IMG/VR virus record: IMGVR_UViG_3300035190_000190
Coordinates: 1-64,000 of that record
Reading direction: 5' to 3' (one strand)
DNA: 64,000 nt
Origin: a virus
Position numbers and translations under genes: made by a program. Below the pieces are notes generated by a model. It did not search any database. It was not told the DNA's origin and saw only the letters and a program-made list of their open reading frames with translations. How positions within the stretch are numbered: the stretch's first letter is position 1; each line of letters starts with the position of its first letter. Shown one piece after another: positions 55,525-64,000 of this stretch.

Positions 55525-58066
55525 AACCCATTGCTACGGCAATTTCTTTATGTGTGGTTAACATACTCTGCTCACGATAGGTATCAGTCTGTTGCATTTT
55601 TTGTACAAATGCTGTGCCATCACTACCTTCGCCATTTTCAATGAATTGAATTATTTTATCAATTTCAACACGATGCTTAACATTAAATGGATAAGCAGTT
55701 AATCTATCAATTACTAACTTCTGTGCCGCAGGTGTCATACGATTAATGCACATAACATTTGGATCATGTAACATATTAAAATGCACCATATCAAATTGTT
55801 GAGTATTGACCCAATCACAAAGTTCCGGTAGATAATAAACATTTTGTATGTTTATAGTCATACAAACCTGTGTCTGAATTAAATTAGTTCGCATCGCGTT
55901 AAATTTTATAACATTAGTTTTTACTTCCTCCCACACCGCACCGTAACGTTCATATTCGAAACGTGCTTCGGTATTGTCGATACTAATAGCAATCTCAACG
56001 TTTCTAAATTTACCCCACAATGCAACTTCTTCATCACTAGGATACACTGTACCGTTGGTATTATAATGTATATCAATACGCTTGCTATAACCATGCTCTA
56101 CTGCATAGCGTAATAGTTTAAAATGTTCTTCAATTAAGAATGGCTCACCACCAGTAAATTCAAAATACTTAATGTTAGGTAGTAATTCTTTTAAATTTTC
56201 CCAAAACACTTCGCTTTCACGTGGCCACGTACCTTCTTGTAAGAATGTATATGCACTATGCTTTTTACGGTCGTACCCTTGTACATCTTTGTATTTTTTA
56301 GATTCATAATCAATTTCTTCTTTGGCCCATTTACTACTAGACCACGATCCACATATACGACATTTAAGATTACAGATGTTACCTAGTTTCAAATCAATGA
56401 ACCAAAGTTGATCTGGAGTATCGTTTTTCCAATCTACAATAGGATAAAACTCTTTTAGTCTAATTCTACTATTAATACGCTTACTAACTATGCCAGCATC
56501 TTCTTCACTCCAACAGCGATTACATGTACTAGGCTTTTCTCCACGTCGAAATTGTTGACGTAGGTCCTGCATATATTCGCTGTTGTAAATTTCTGCTAGT
56601 GAATTTTCTCTAAGTTTGTATGGAGTACCATCAGGTTTAGTTATTTCATCTTTAGCTAAACAACACGGACGAGCTGTACCTACCGGACTTGCTTCTATAC
56701 TGACCCAAGGTAACATACAGATACTATCGTGCGTTTTGTTAATACCTAAGTGATCACGCAATTCTCGATACTCTGGAAACACTTCTTCAAATGTTTCTTT
56801 TCTAAATTCATCTGTTTGATCATTTATCTTAAAAAATTCTTTTAATAGATGACTCTTATCATCTTGGTACATAAATGTAATGATAGCTCGATAACCTGAT
56901 ATAGCTCGCTGTAAATGATCTTGTGGTTCAAGCCATGCTATATGCTCTTCGACACGTTGTTTAATTCTATCTTTAAACTGTATAGGCAATACATCGATTC
57001 GATCACGTTCTGGACTTTGTAGAATGTTGACATTCCAATCCATTGCTTTAATCAAGCCAAGTTCAACCCATTCTCGATGAAATTCAGTTAAATGCCAAGC
57101 ATTAAGTATACTAACTGTACTGCTGACATAAAAGTCTACATTAGGACAAATTTCAATCATTTTGCGACGATTATCTACTGTTTCTTCCCAGTCTGTACCT
57201 TTGCGAATGTATTCCCCACGAAGATATGAATCATCTAAACTTGCACCCACACTAACTACATCAAACAGTTTCCAATATTCAAACACCATTTTGTCTTTAA
57301 GACGTATGTGACTAAAGTTTGTATTGTAGATTAATCGTACATGGAACATCTCACGACGAACTAGTTCTTCTAAGATGCGATAATGTTCTTCCATGATCAA
57401 TGGTTCGCCGCCAGCAAAGTAAATCTGTTCTAGATAGGGAATGTGTTCCTGCATCTGTTCCCACATGTCATCTTTATTTTTACCTGCAAACATAATCTGT
57501 GGATGATTTAGTTTACCGAATAGTTTAGTTTCTTCTGCAAACCAACTACTGCTAAACAAACTTCCGCAGGTGCGGCAACTAAAGTTACAGAGGTTACTAA
57601 AGCGCACATCATAGTAACGTAGTTTAAAGTCATTTAAACTACCGTCGACATTAGTTTTATCTGCTAGTGCAATATGATGCCCAAAGTTTTTATTTTGACT
57701 ATTGCGCATACTAAAGAATCCATTGTCTTCTTGCTCATAGCATCGCGTACATTCTTTACTGGGTTTATCCTCTAACATATTTAGACGCATCTGTTTGTAT
57801 GGGGTTCCATTCCATACTTCGGCCATGGTATTTTCTTTGAAGTTACCAATAGGCAAATGCATTTCACCCAAACAACAAGGATATGCACGACCATCAGGAA
57901 TTCCATGCATGTGCGTCCATGGTATCATACAGAAGTGCTTGCTTTCTATTAGTTTATATGTTTGGTCTTCTGTTAAATCATCTTCGTGTATGTACACAGG
58001 TTTGCGTGTATTGTAATTGTGATTTTTATGATGTACTGTTAATTTTTTGCTTGGCTCATCGCTCAT
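55517..58066 (-). CDS. tandem double radical SAM protein
   Basis: Two full units: 'CMIPW..PCC..CTRC..CNFSCRTC..GGEPL' and 'CMLPW..PCC..CNRC..CNLKCRIC..GGEPF'. Confidence 0.92.
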   Translation of the reverse strand: MSDEPSKKLTVHHKNHNYNTRKPVYIHEDDLTEDQTYKLIESKHFCMIPWTHMHGIPDGRAYPCCLGEMHLPIGNFKENTMAEVWNGTPYKQMRLNMLEDKPSKECTRCYEQEDNGFFSMRNSQNKNFGHHIALADKTNVDGSLNDFKLRYYDVRFSNLCNFSCRTCGSLFSSSWFAEETKLFGKLNHPQIMFAGKNKDDMWEQMQEHIPYLEQIYFAGGEPLIMEEHYRILEELVRREMFHVRLIYNTNFSHIRLKDKMVFEYWKLFDVVSVGASLDDSYLRGEYIRKGTDWEETVDNRRKMIEICPNVDFYVSSTVSILNAWHLTEFHREWVELGLIKAMDWNVNILQSPERDRIDVLPIQFKDRIKQRVEEHIAWLEPQDHLQRAISGYRAIITFMYQDDKSHLLKEFFKINDQTDEFRKETFEEVFPEYRELRDHLGINKTHDSICMLPWVSIEASPVGTARPCCLAKDEITKPDGTPYKLRENSLAEIYNSEYMQDLRQQFRRGEKPSTCNRCWSEEDAGIVSKRINSRIRLKEFYPIVDWKNDTPDQLWFIDLKLGNICNLKCRICGSWSSSKWAKEEIDYESKKYKDVQGYDRKKHSAYTFLQEGTWPRESEVFWENLKELLPNIKYFEFTGGEPFLIEEHFKLLRYAVEHGYSKRIDIHYNTNGTVYPSDEEVALWGKFRNVEIAISIDNTEARFEYERYGAVWEEVKTNVIKFNAMRTNLIQTQVCMTINIQNVYYLPELCDWVNTQQFDMVHFNMLHDPNVMCINRMTPAAQKLVIDRLTAYPFNVKHRVEIDKIIQFIENGEGSDGTAFVQKMQQTDTYREQSMLTTHKEIAVAMGYE

Positions 58067-59415
58067 AGTGTTTCATACCAGTTAATTAATTGTGTAAATG
58101 TGTATTTAAAGTCTTTACCACGACGCTGGTCGTATTGTTGATAAAACTGTTTAAAATCGTTTTGCAGTGTAGGCAAATCAAATGCTTCGCTGTGTGGAGT
58201 ATCCACCATAGTCAAGTATTCAATTAGTCGTTTAATATGTTCGAGTTCATGTTCATGTAATACTGTATTCTTTTTATTGTTGGATAAAAATTTTTCAAGT
58301 TCTAAACTATATTTTGTACGTAATTCCACTGGCAATATTAAGGGACTTTGAAAGCTAGGGAAACGTAGAATGTTTAAGGTAAACGACAACGAATCGCGCC
58401 CGTACTTTTCTTTAAGTTTCATTAAATTGTACAAAAATTCACTCAGACTTGGTAAGCACAGTGCATTGATTGTGCCCATAACATGTACTCCACGTACTTG
58501 TTTAGACTCTAATAAAAATACTAAATTTTCAACCCATTGAGTCCATTCCAATCCATCACGTATATACTCTGCTTGGCCACCCATGGCTTCATTACTGGTA
58601 TAGATATCAAGTTCAATACCCTGTGTGCTGTCAAGCAAGCGTTCGAGTACATCACGTTTAAAGCCAAGATTACTATTAATTGCAAGACGTGTAGTACTGG
58701 CGCCTCTATGTTCTTTAAACCAATCTATTAGACGCCATGTATATCCTGACATTAAGGGCTCACCGCCTGTGATGCGCAGTTCTTTTAATGTTTTGTGTAG
58801 ATCCGACTCCCACCACGCAAAGAACGCTTCCACATAAGGATTAACTTCATTGAGTGTGTAAAGTTGACTACTATCATGAACATGAGTAAAGTGATTCCTA
58901 CCGTCTGATACCAAGTTTGTGTAAGCACCATTTGTTTTAATATCTCTAACCCAGGCGCTACTAAAAGCAGGATTGCAGTAACTACAAGCAAATTGACAAG
59001 TACGGTCAAAAGAAATTTCCAATGTCTGCAGATCCACGTCTTGATCTGCGGGTAAATTGTATGCATAATCTAAATCCTCATCTTTATAAATTACAGTTTT
59101 GTACACACGGTCACTGACTGCATCTGTGCCCATGTCTTCAATCTTCCAGCAGTATTCACAGCCCGCAGGTCGTTCGCCCTGTTGCATCATACGACGTTCT
59201 TCTTTCTTACGTATGCTGTTATGCAGGGCTTTGGGATTGGCAGCAATATCTTCGAGTGATACTTTGTGCGGTAATGGATGATGACAGCTAGTAGTCATAC
59301 CAGAACCCAACCATATAGTAGCATTGTACCATTTGGCCGCACAGAATGATGCTGACTTAATGTCAATTACTCTACGCTTATATTCTAAGTCTGTTTCGTT
59401 ATTAATTTTCGGCAT
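58063..59415 (-). CDS. radical SAM protein with N-terminal twitch-like domain
   Basis: 'CAAKW..SCHHP..CEYC', CQFACSYC, GGEPL. Confidence 0.92.
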   Translation of the reverse strand: MPKINNETDLEYKRRVIDIKSASFCAAKWYNATIWLGSGMTTSCHHPLPHKVSLEDIAANPKALHNSIRKKEERRMMQQGERPAGCEYCWKIEDMGTDAVSDRVYKTVIYKDEDLDYAYNLPADQDVDLQTLEISFDRTCQFACSYCNPAFSSAWVRDIKTNGAYTNLVSDGRNHFTHVHDSSQLYTLNEVNPYVEAFFAWWESDLHKTLKELRITGGEPLMSGYTWRLIDWFKEHRGASTTRLAINSNLGFKRDVLERLLDSTQGIELDIYTSNEAMGGQAEYIRDGLEWTQWVENLVFLLESKQVRGVHVMGTINALCLPSLSEFLYNLMKLKEKYGRDSLSFTLNILRFPSFQSPLILPVELRTKYSLELEKFLSNNKKNTVLHEHELEHIKRLIEYLTMVDTPHSEAFDLPTLQNDFKQFYQQYDQRRGKDFKYTFTQLINWYETL

Positions 59416-60799
59416 GATATTTGCATTCGTTCCAAAATTCTCGCATCTGAGGGAATATGTCTGTAAAATGTCCTATGTCAGTTTCGTATGCGCCTCGACG
59501 TTTGTCGTATTCGCTAAAGAAACGATAGAAATCTGCACGTTGTAGTGTAACATACTTGGGCTCTAGTTTGCTACCATCCCTCATCCAAAGTAAGTTGCGT
59601 TCCATACGCTGTATTTCATAATCTTTAAAGCCAACAAAACTATCGTTGGGCATCAGATTATCCTTCATAAATGCTATGACATCTTCCAACACTGCGTAGT
59701 AACTGTTGGGTAGTATCTGTAGACTCTGCCAAGTTGGACTACGCAGTAATGGTGTATCAAACCAAACACGTTGATAAGTGTCGCTATACAATTCGCGTTG
59801 ATCTAATATAGTCTGCAATAATTGTTTTAGACCTAAAATATTTAAATTACTCATTGTGATGATATAGGTTAGGCTATTGCGATAAGGTATATGTGTAAGA
59901 TAACGATGTACATATGAATTTACTCTATGCTGATTTAAACCACGACGAATATACTCTGACTGTCTGGTATCGCCCGAATCTAAACTAACATACTGCATGA
60001 AGTGTTCAATGCGCTCACCTTCGCATAGTTGTTTTACTTTGTCTAGGTACTTGTCAAACAGTTCAGGCTCGACACTAAAGTTACTAGTAACATCAACGTG
60101 TAAATCGCTTTTAGGCAAGGCTAAGATATAATCAAACACGCGATGTGTATTCTTATCCATCAAAGGTTCGCCACCAGTCATACGAAAGTGTTTTAAGCTG
60201 CCGTATAGTTCAGGCCACCAAGCCCAAAATGCATCTACATATGGATTAGCTTCACGTACAGGAATAGGCTTACGTCTACCTTCGAAGTGTTCAGGCGCAT
60301 TGTGTGGGGTGCTGGTAGGATATGCTCCCCATCGGTCAATATCTTTGCCCCACTTTGTACTGTACTGCGGACTACAATAGCTACAGGCTAGGTTACAACC
60401 ATGACTGAAGTTTACTTCAACATAACTCGGCACAACATCTTGGTCCCAAGGTGCATTTACTATTGTGTCGTAGTGGTCAGCCGCCCATGGCTCGCCGCTG
60501 CGATAGTGACGATCACTTAGTTGGTTGTTATCTTCTGCACTCCAACAATAGCTACATTCTGCCGGGCGTGTTTGCTCTAGCATAAGTTTACGTTGTTGTT
60601 TCTTGTAGTCGGTATTATGTAAGGCACCGGGATTGAACAGCAACGGCGCACTGTCAATCTCATGTAATGGTGGGTGGTAGCAACTGTTAGTTAGTCCAGT
60701 TGGTAAGTGTAGACTTACCTGTTGCCATTTCGCCAGACAGAGTGCAGGACCTAACTTGTCCTTCATTTCCTCTGCACTTGACATAAAATTACTACTCAC
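59402..60799 (-). CDS. radical SAM protein with N-terminal twitch-like domain
   Basis: 'CLAKW..SCYHP..CSYC', CNLACSYC, GGEPL. Confidence 0.92.
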   Translation of the reverse strand: MSSNFMSSAEEMKDKLGPALCLAKWQQVSLHLPTGLTNSCYHPPLHEIDSAPLLFNPGALHNTDYKKQQRKLMLEQTRPAECSYCWSAEDNNQLSDRHYRSGEPWAADHYDTIVNAPWDQDVVPSYVEVNFSHGCNLACSYCSPQYSTKWGKDIDRWGAYPTSTPHNAPEHFEGRRKPIPVREANPYVDAFWAWWPELYGSLKHFRMTGGEPLMDKNTHRVFDYILALPKSDLHVDVTSNFSVEPELFDKYLDKVKQLCEGERIEHFMQYVSLDSGDTRQSEYIRRGLNQHRVNSYVHRYLTHIPYRNSLTYIITMSNLNILGLKQLLQTILDQRELYSDTYQRVWFDTPLLRSPTWQSLQILPNSYYAVLEDVIAFMKDNLMPNDSFVGFKDYEIQRMERNLLWMRDGSKLEPKYVTLQRADFYRFFSEYDKRRGAYETDIGHFTDIFPQMREFWNECKYHAEN

Positions 60800-61688
60800 G
60801 TGACATCAGGCCTCGGTTTTTAAACACACTCTTGTAATGATGCTTAAAGAATTTACTCTGATCTGCTGTAAAATGTGGAGCAGGTAAGCCTAATTTTACG
60901 CTTAATGTATGCGACATTTCACTGCATTCTTCTACTAGATTTAATACTTTGTTTTGATGCCAAATTTTGTTTAACGCATCAAAGTCCTGCACTTCTCTAT
61001 AATCCCAATCTGTAATCATAGTCATATAGGTGCCTAGTTTAGCACCATACATTGCCCAGTCACCATTCTCTACATCCATACCTACATTGTGCCATATGTT
61101 TAAATGATCGTAGTTGCGTTCATGTACACGTCGTTCAAATTCTTGTAGTGAGGGTTTAGCACCACGATCTAAACACATTTTAACGCCTTCCCTGAAGCCT
61201 GCTCGCCATGCTTGATACGGACTTTGATTTGGGTATGTTGTGCTATAGCAATCATTCATTGCCCAATAGCGCGAGTCAAAGCAAAACTCAACTGCTGTGT
61301 CATCTGCACCATCGCTGGCTTCGTGTGTGCGCATGTTGTTGACAAAGTCCTTAGTCCAACAACTCATGCCACCGTTGCCGTACATAAGTCCGTTGATGTG
61401 ATTACGTGCCTTCCATCGAAATACTACATCTCGATTGGTATCATCTAATGTAAGTTGTAGGTTAAAGAATTCTGGATCGGGTAAGTTGTCGCCATCAATT
61501 AATACAAATCGTTCAGTATCACTTGCGGCTGCGGCTGCTTTGTGTGCAGCATCACTGCCTTTGACTCCATCTACACGTTTGGCCCACGGCACCATGTTTT
61601 GAATTTTAATCCAAAACTCTTCTTTTTTAGGTTCATCGTAACTTAGGTAGATGCAGTCTAAATCTGCTATATCAACGATTTGTGTCAT
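60792..61688 (-). CDS. GT-A-like glycosyltransferase
   Basis: 'YLSYDEP', 'AHKAAA', DxD in 'LIDGDN', 'YGNGG', 'WRAGFREGVK'. Confidence 0.65.
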   Translation of the reverse strand: MTQIVDIADLDCIYLSYDEPKKEEFWIKIQNMVPWAKRVDGVKGSDAAHKAAAAASDTERFVLIDGDNLPDPEFFNLQLTLDDTNRDVVFRWKARNHINGLMYGNGGMSCWTKDFVNNMRTHEASDGADDTAVEFCFDSRYWAMNDCYSTTYPNQSPYQAWRAGFREGVKMCLDRGAKPSLQEFERRVHERNYDHLNIWHNVGMDVENGDWAMYGAKLGTYMTMITDWDYREVQDFDALNKIWHQNKVLNLVEECSEMSHTLSVKLGLPAPHFTADQSKFFKHHYKSVFKNRGLMSRE

Positions 61689-62028
61689 AGTATTCTATAT
61701 CCTGATAGGTGTCAGTTGGTTCTATTATTAGTCCTGCATGTTTCTTTACTGTGGCATAGCCCGTAATGCTACTAGTTAATTGTACACGATAACCAGGATT
61801 GACGTCAATCTTTTTCAGTTTGCCGGCGGCAATGGTATAGCGGAAATAACTATCATATTCATCTCGACTAACAACAACATACTGCGTATCTGTTGGATGA
61901 TTCATCATCGTACACATTGTAATGATTCCATCTTCATTGTAGTGTAATCTATATTCTTTAACTTCTTCTACAATAGGTTTAAGCATTGCCAATGCTTTTT
62001 CAAATTCACTTAAAGAGTTCATGTTCAT
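61672..62028 (-). CDS. hypothetical protein
   Basis: ORF in operon context; 'EYRLHYN..G.I'. Confidence 0.7.
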   Translation of the reverse strand: MNMNSLSEFEKALAMLKPIVEEVKEYRLHYNEDGIITMCTMMNHPTDTQYVVVSRDEYDSYFRYTIAAGKLKKIDVNPGYRVQLTSSITGYATVKKHAGLIIEPTDTYQDIEYYDTNR

Positions 62029-62863
62029 ACTCCTTGACTAATTCATCTGTCACCCAAGACTTTTCATGATAGTGAATAGGGTGATATTGATTGGTGTTAG
62101 CAATACGTATCATTGGCAAGTCAGTTTCACACACGACTAACTCAGGCCAGGGCGTACTAGTCCATGCGTTAATTGCCGGCTTCATATGTACAAAATTAAT
62201 AAAATCTAAGCTGGGTAGTGTGCAATCTTCTACACCAATTAACTTTGCAGTTAAGGCATAAACAACGTCGGTAGTAGGATTATCATCGCGACAGTTGAGT
62301 AATACATTGTCACGTAGATAGGCCCAATTTTTAAATATTTGTTCTGCTAGGATAAAGAATTGGGTTGCTTCACGTGTATATCTAAAATACATTAATCCAT
62401 TGTAGGTATCAGGTAATTCATTGTCGTCAAACAATTTTCTATATTCACGCGATGTGCTCAACTCTTGCTGATAGTTTCTACATCCAGTGCTTAATACAAC
62501 ATTCTTTAATCTAAACGCATGCCACCAATGTTGAATGCTTCTTGTAAACACAATGTCGCTTTCAAGTTTAATTGTTTCTTTGAATGGGGTGAGATAAAAT
62601 GTCTGCCACTCATTTGATAACTTCCAAGTTTCGTCTTGGGCTAGGTCATTGTCAATAGTAACTACATAATCGAACACCCGGCGGTGTTGTTCTGTTACCT
62701 GTTCAAGTGTATTTTTATCAACTGCTACTGCGTATAAACTATCAGGCATGGTCAGTTTAATACTCATTGCTTGTACGTAAGCAAGCTGTAAGTAATCAAC
62801 CTCTGCTGTATTCTGCGCAATGGTCATAAAACCCTGCTGTGCTTGATGTGGTGTTATGCGCAT
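62006..62863 (-). CDS. GT-A-like glycosyltransferase/nucleotidyltransferase (GT8-like)
   Basis: 'AQN...DY..LA', 'TPFKETIKLESD', 'HMK', 'HYH.K'. Confidence 0.6.
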   Translation of the reverse strand: MRITPHQAQQGFMTIAQNTAEVDYLQLAYVQAMSIKLTMPDSLYAVAVDKNTLEQVTEQHRRVFDYVVTIDNDLAQDETWKLSNEWQTFYLTPFKETIKLESDIVFTRSIQHWWHAFRLKNVVLSTGCRNYQQELSTSREYRKLFDDNELPDTYNGLMYFRYTREATQFFILAEQIFKNWAYLRDNVLLNCRDDNPTTDVVYALTAKLIGVEDCTLPSLDFINFVHMKPAINAWTSTPWPELVVCETDLPMIRIANTNQYHPIHYHEKSWVTDELVKEYEHELFK

Positions 62864-63630
62864 ACTGTATCTACCAACCGATCAAAGTCTGCACTTAATA
62901 AGTAGTCTTTATCCATTATGTGTACGTTTTGCTTGGCAATGACATGTGCAGAATTTTCCTCACGTATAATCATCTTTTTGCCTGTTATTTCAATGTTTTT
63001 AATTAGTTTATCCAAGGTTAACATGGTAAAAGGTATACTTTGTGTGGTGTTAGTAGTGTACCCATTAATAATGTTGTTGGCAATGGCAAACGCATAATCA
63101 TTGCGGAAATTACGTTCTCTTAAGTGATATAGTTTTTGATAGTAAGCATAGTTACGTTCAATACGACCAACTAGATCAAATAACATTTGTGTTTTATCTG
63201 TACGTTTGAATGTTAGAGCAGTGGCCCATATATAATCTAAACTTAACTGACCCATGTTGCCCGACATCGACTGTTTAGGACTTTGATTGTTATGCATTAA
63301 TTTATAATCAACTGTGGTTTCAAGTATGGTTAATAAACTTGAGTCTAACTGTAGATAATCACTGTCAAGTAATATAGTTTCATCATAGGGACTAAGTTCA
63401 TATGCACGATATCTACCACCGTTCTTCCATTCTGTGCCACCGGCATAGCCAGTACGATAGTTACTTAAACTAGGTACGCCCGGATCTGTGATAATAGTAG
63501 TAGGTAAGTTTAATGTATGTTTTATTAGTCGTGCGGCTTGCTCAGCGATTCTAACATAATCGACTGCGGCAGTGTTAACAGCAAATAGTACAACACCTTT
63601 AGACTTTGCGGGCACGTCGAATTTCTTCAT
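62854..63630 (-). CDS. GT-A-like glycosyltransferase (paralogue of the previous gene)
   Basis: 'FAVN...DY..IA', 'SPYDETILLDSD' (DxD), 'FRND.AFAIA', 'HIMDK'. Confidence 0.62.
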   Translation of the reverse strand: MKKFDVPAKSKGVVLFAVNTAAVDYVRIAEQAARLIKHTLNLPTTIITDPGVPSLSNYRTGYAGGTEWKNGGRYRAYELSPYDETILLDSDYLQLDSSLLTILETTVDYKLMHNNQSPKQSMSGNMGQLSLDYIWATALTFKRTDKTQMLFDLVGRIERNYAYYQKLYHLRERNFRNDYAFAIANNIINGYTTNTTQSIPFTMLTLDKLIKNIEITGKKMIIREENSAHVIAKQNVHIMDKDYLLSADFDRLVDTVCA

Positions 63631-63916
63631 ATTGAATATGCCATGCGTTCATTACTTGTTGATAGTGTTGTCGACACAATTCTAAAAATGCTAGTCGTTG
63701 TATTTCTATAGGATTTTCGTAGGTATCTTCAAGATATACAGTATCAGCAGTCCACGTTGCTAGGAACGCTATAAGTTCCGGTGTTACTTTAAAGAGTCCG
63801 TTGTTATACGGAACATGTAAATCTGTTTGTATTTTCTCTTTAAGTATGCGTTTGTTAGTTTGATAATCCGTTGCTTGTTTTATTTGAGCAACTAATTGAG
63901 TAATTTCTGTTGTCAT
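63599..63916 (-). CDS. hypothetical phage protein
   Basis: ATG at 63916; 'NNGLF.VT.ELI.F...L.D...NP'. Confidence 0.7.
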   Translation of the reverse strand: MTTEITQLVAQIKQATDYQTNKRILKEKIQTDLHVPYNNGLFKVTPELIAFLATWTADTVYLEDTYENPIEIQRLAFLELCRQHYQQVMNAWHIQYEEIRRARKV

Positions 63917-63930
63917 AATAGTAATTAGCC

Positions 63931-63963
63931 ATAAAAATAGGTAAGTCAAAATAACTTACCTAT
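63931..63963 (-). terminator. intrinsic terminator-like hairpin
   Basis: ATAGGTAAGT-N7-ACTTACCTAT followed by a T run on the - strand. Confidence 0.6.
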
Positions 63964-63992
63964 AGTATAAGACATTTGTATTAAGTTGTCAA
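63964..63992 (-). promoter_or_regulatory. sigma70 promoter heading the - strand operon
   Basis: On the - strand: TTGACA-N17-TATACT. Confidence 0.65.
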
Positions 63993-64000
63993 CTAAGTTA

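Noticed and set aside
1-64000. tRNA genes, CRISPR arrays, IS elements, alternative genetic code
   Set aside because: Intergenic gaps are short and show no cloverleaf or repeat-spacer pattern, and there is no transposase. Conserved genes are full length in the standard code with all three stop codons in use.

Overview
This window is part of a large, T4-like/jumbo tailed dsDNA phage genome (dense gene packing with ATGA/TAATG overlaps, a family-B DNA polymerase, a gp45-like sliding clamp, T4-type RNase H, a DsbA-like DNA-binding protein, consensus sigma70-type promoters and TAAATA late-promoter-like motifs). I saw no tRNA, rRNA or CRISPR array. The + strand block (1-46210) holds the replication and nucleotide genes (polB, clamp, rnh, exonuclease, DHFR, thyA). 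It also carries a dispersed 7-deazaguanine pathway: a TGT/DpdA-like transglycosylase, folE, queD, queE and a second QueD-like T-fold protein, with no queC in the window. These genes are interleaved with redox, glycosyltransferase, aminotransferase, PRTase, SulP and metK genes and several AT-rich single-gene insertions, followed by an island of small early genes (HD/ppGpp hydrolase-like, LPD29-like, MoxR-VWA). The - strand block (46191-63916) is one ~17.7 kb operon of glycosyltransferase-like proteins, five radical-SAM domains, three SGNH-like proteins, a carbamoyltransferase, an APS-kinase-like protein and dCMP deaminase. The strongest novel-system candidates are (i) a QueC-independent deazaguanine DNA modification with extra sugar/redox tailoring enzymes and (ii) a phage radical-SAM/SGNH/carbamoyl/sulfate glycan-tailoring system. 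All assignments come from reading motifs by eye; no database searches were run.
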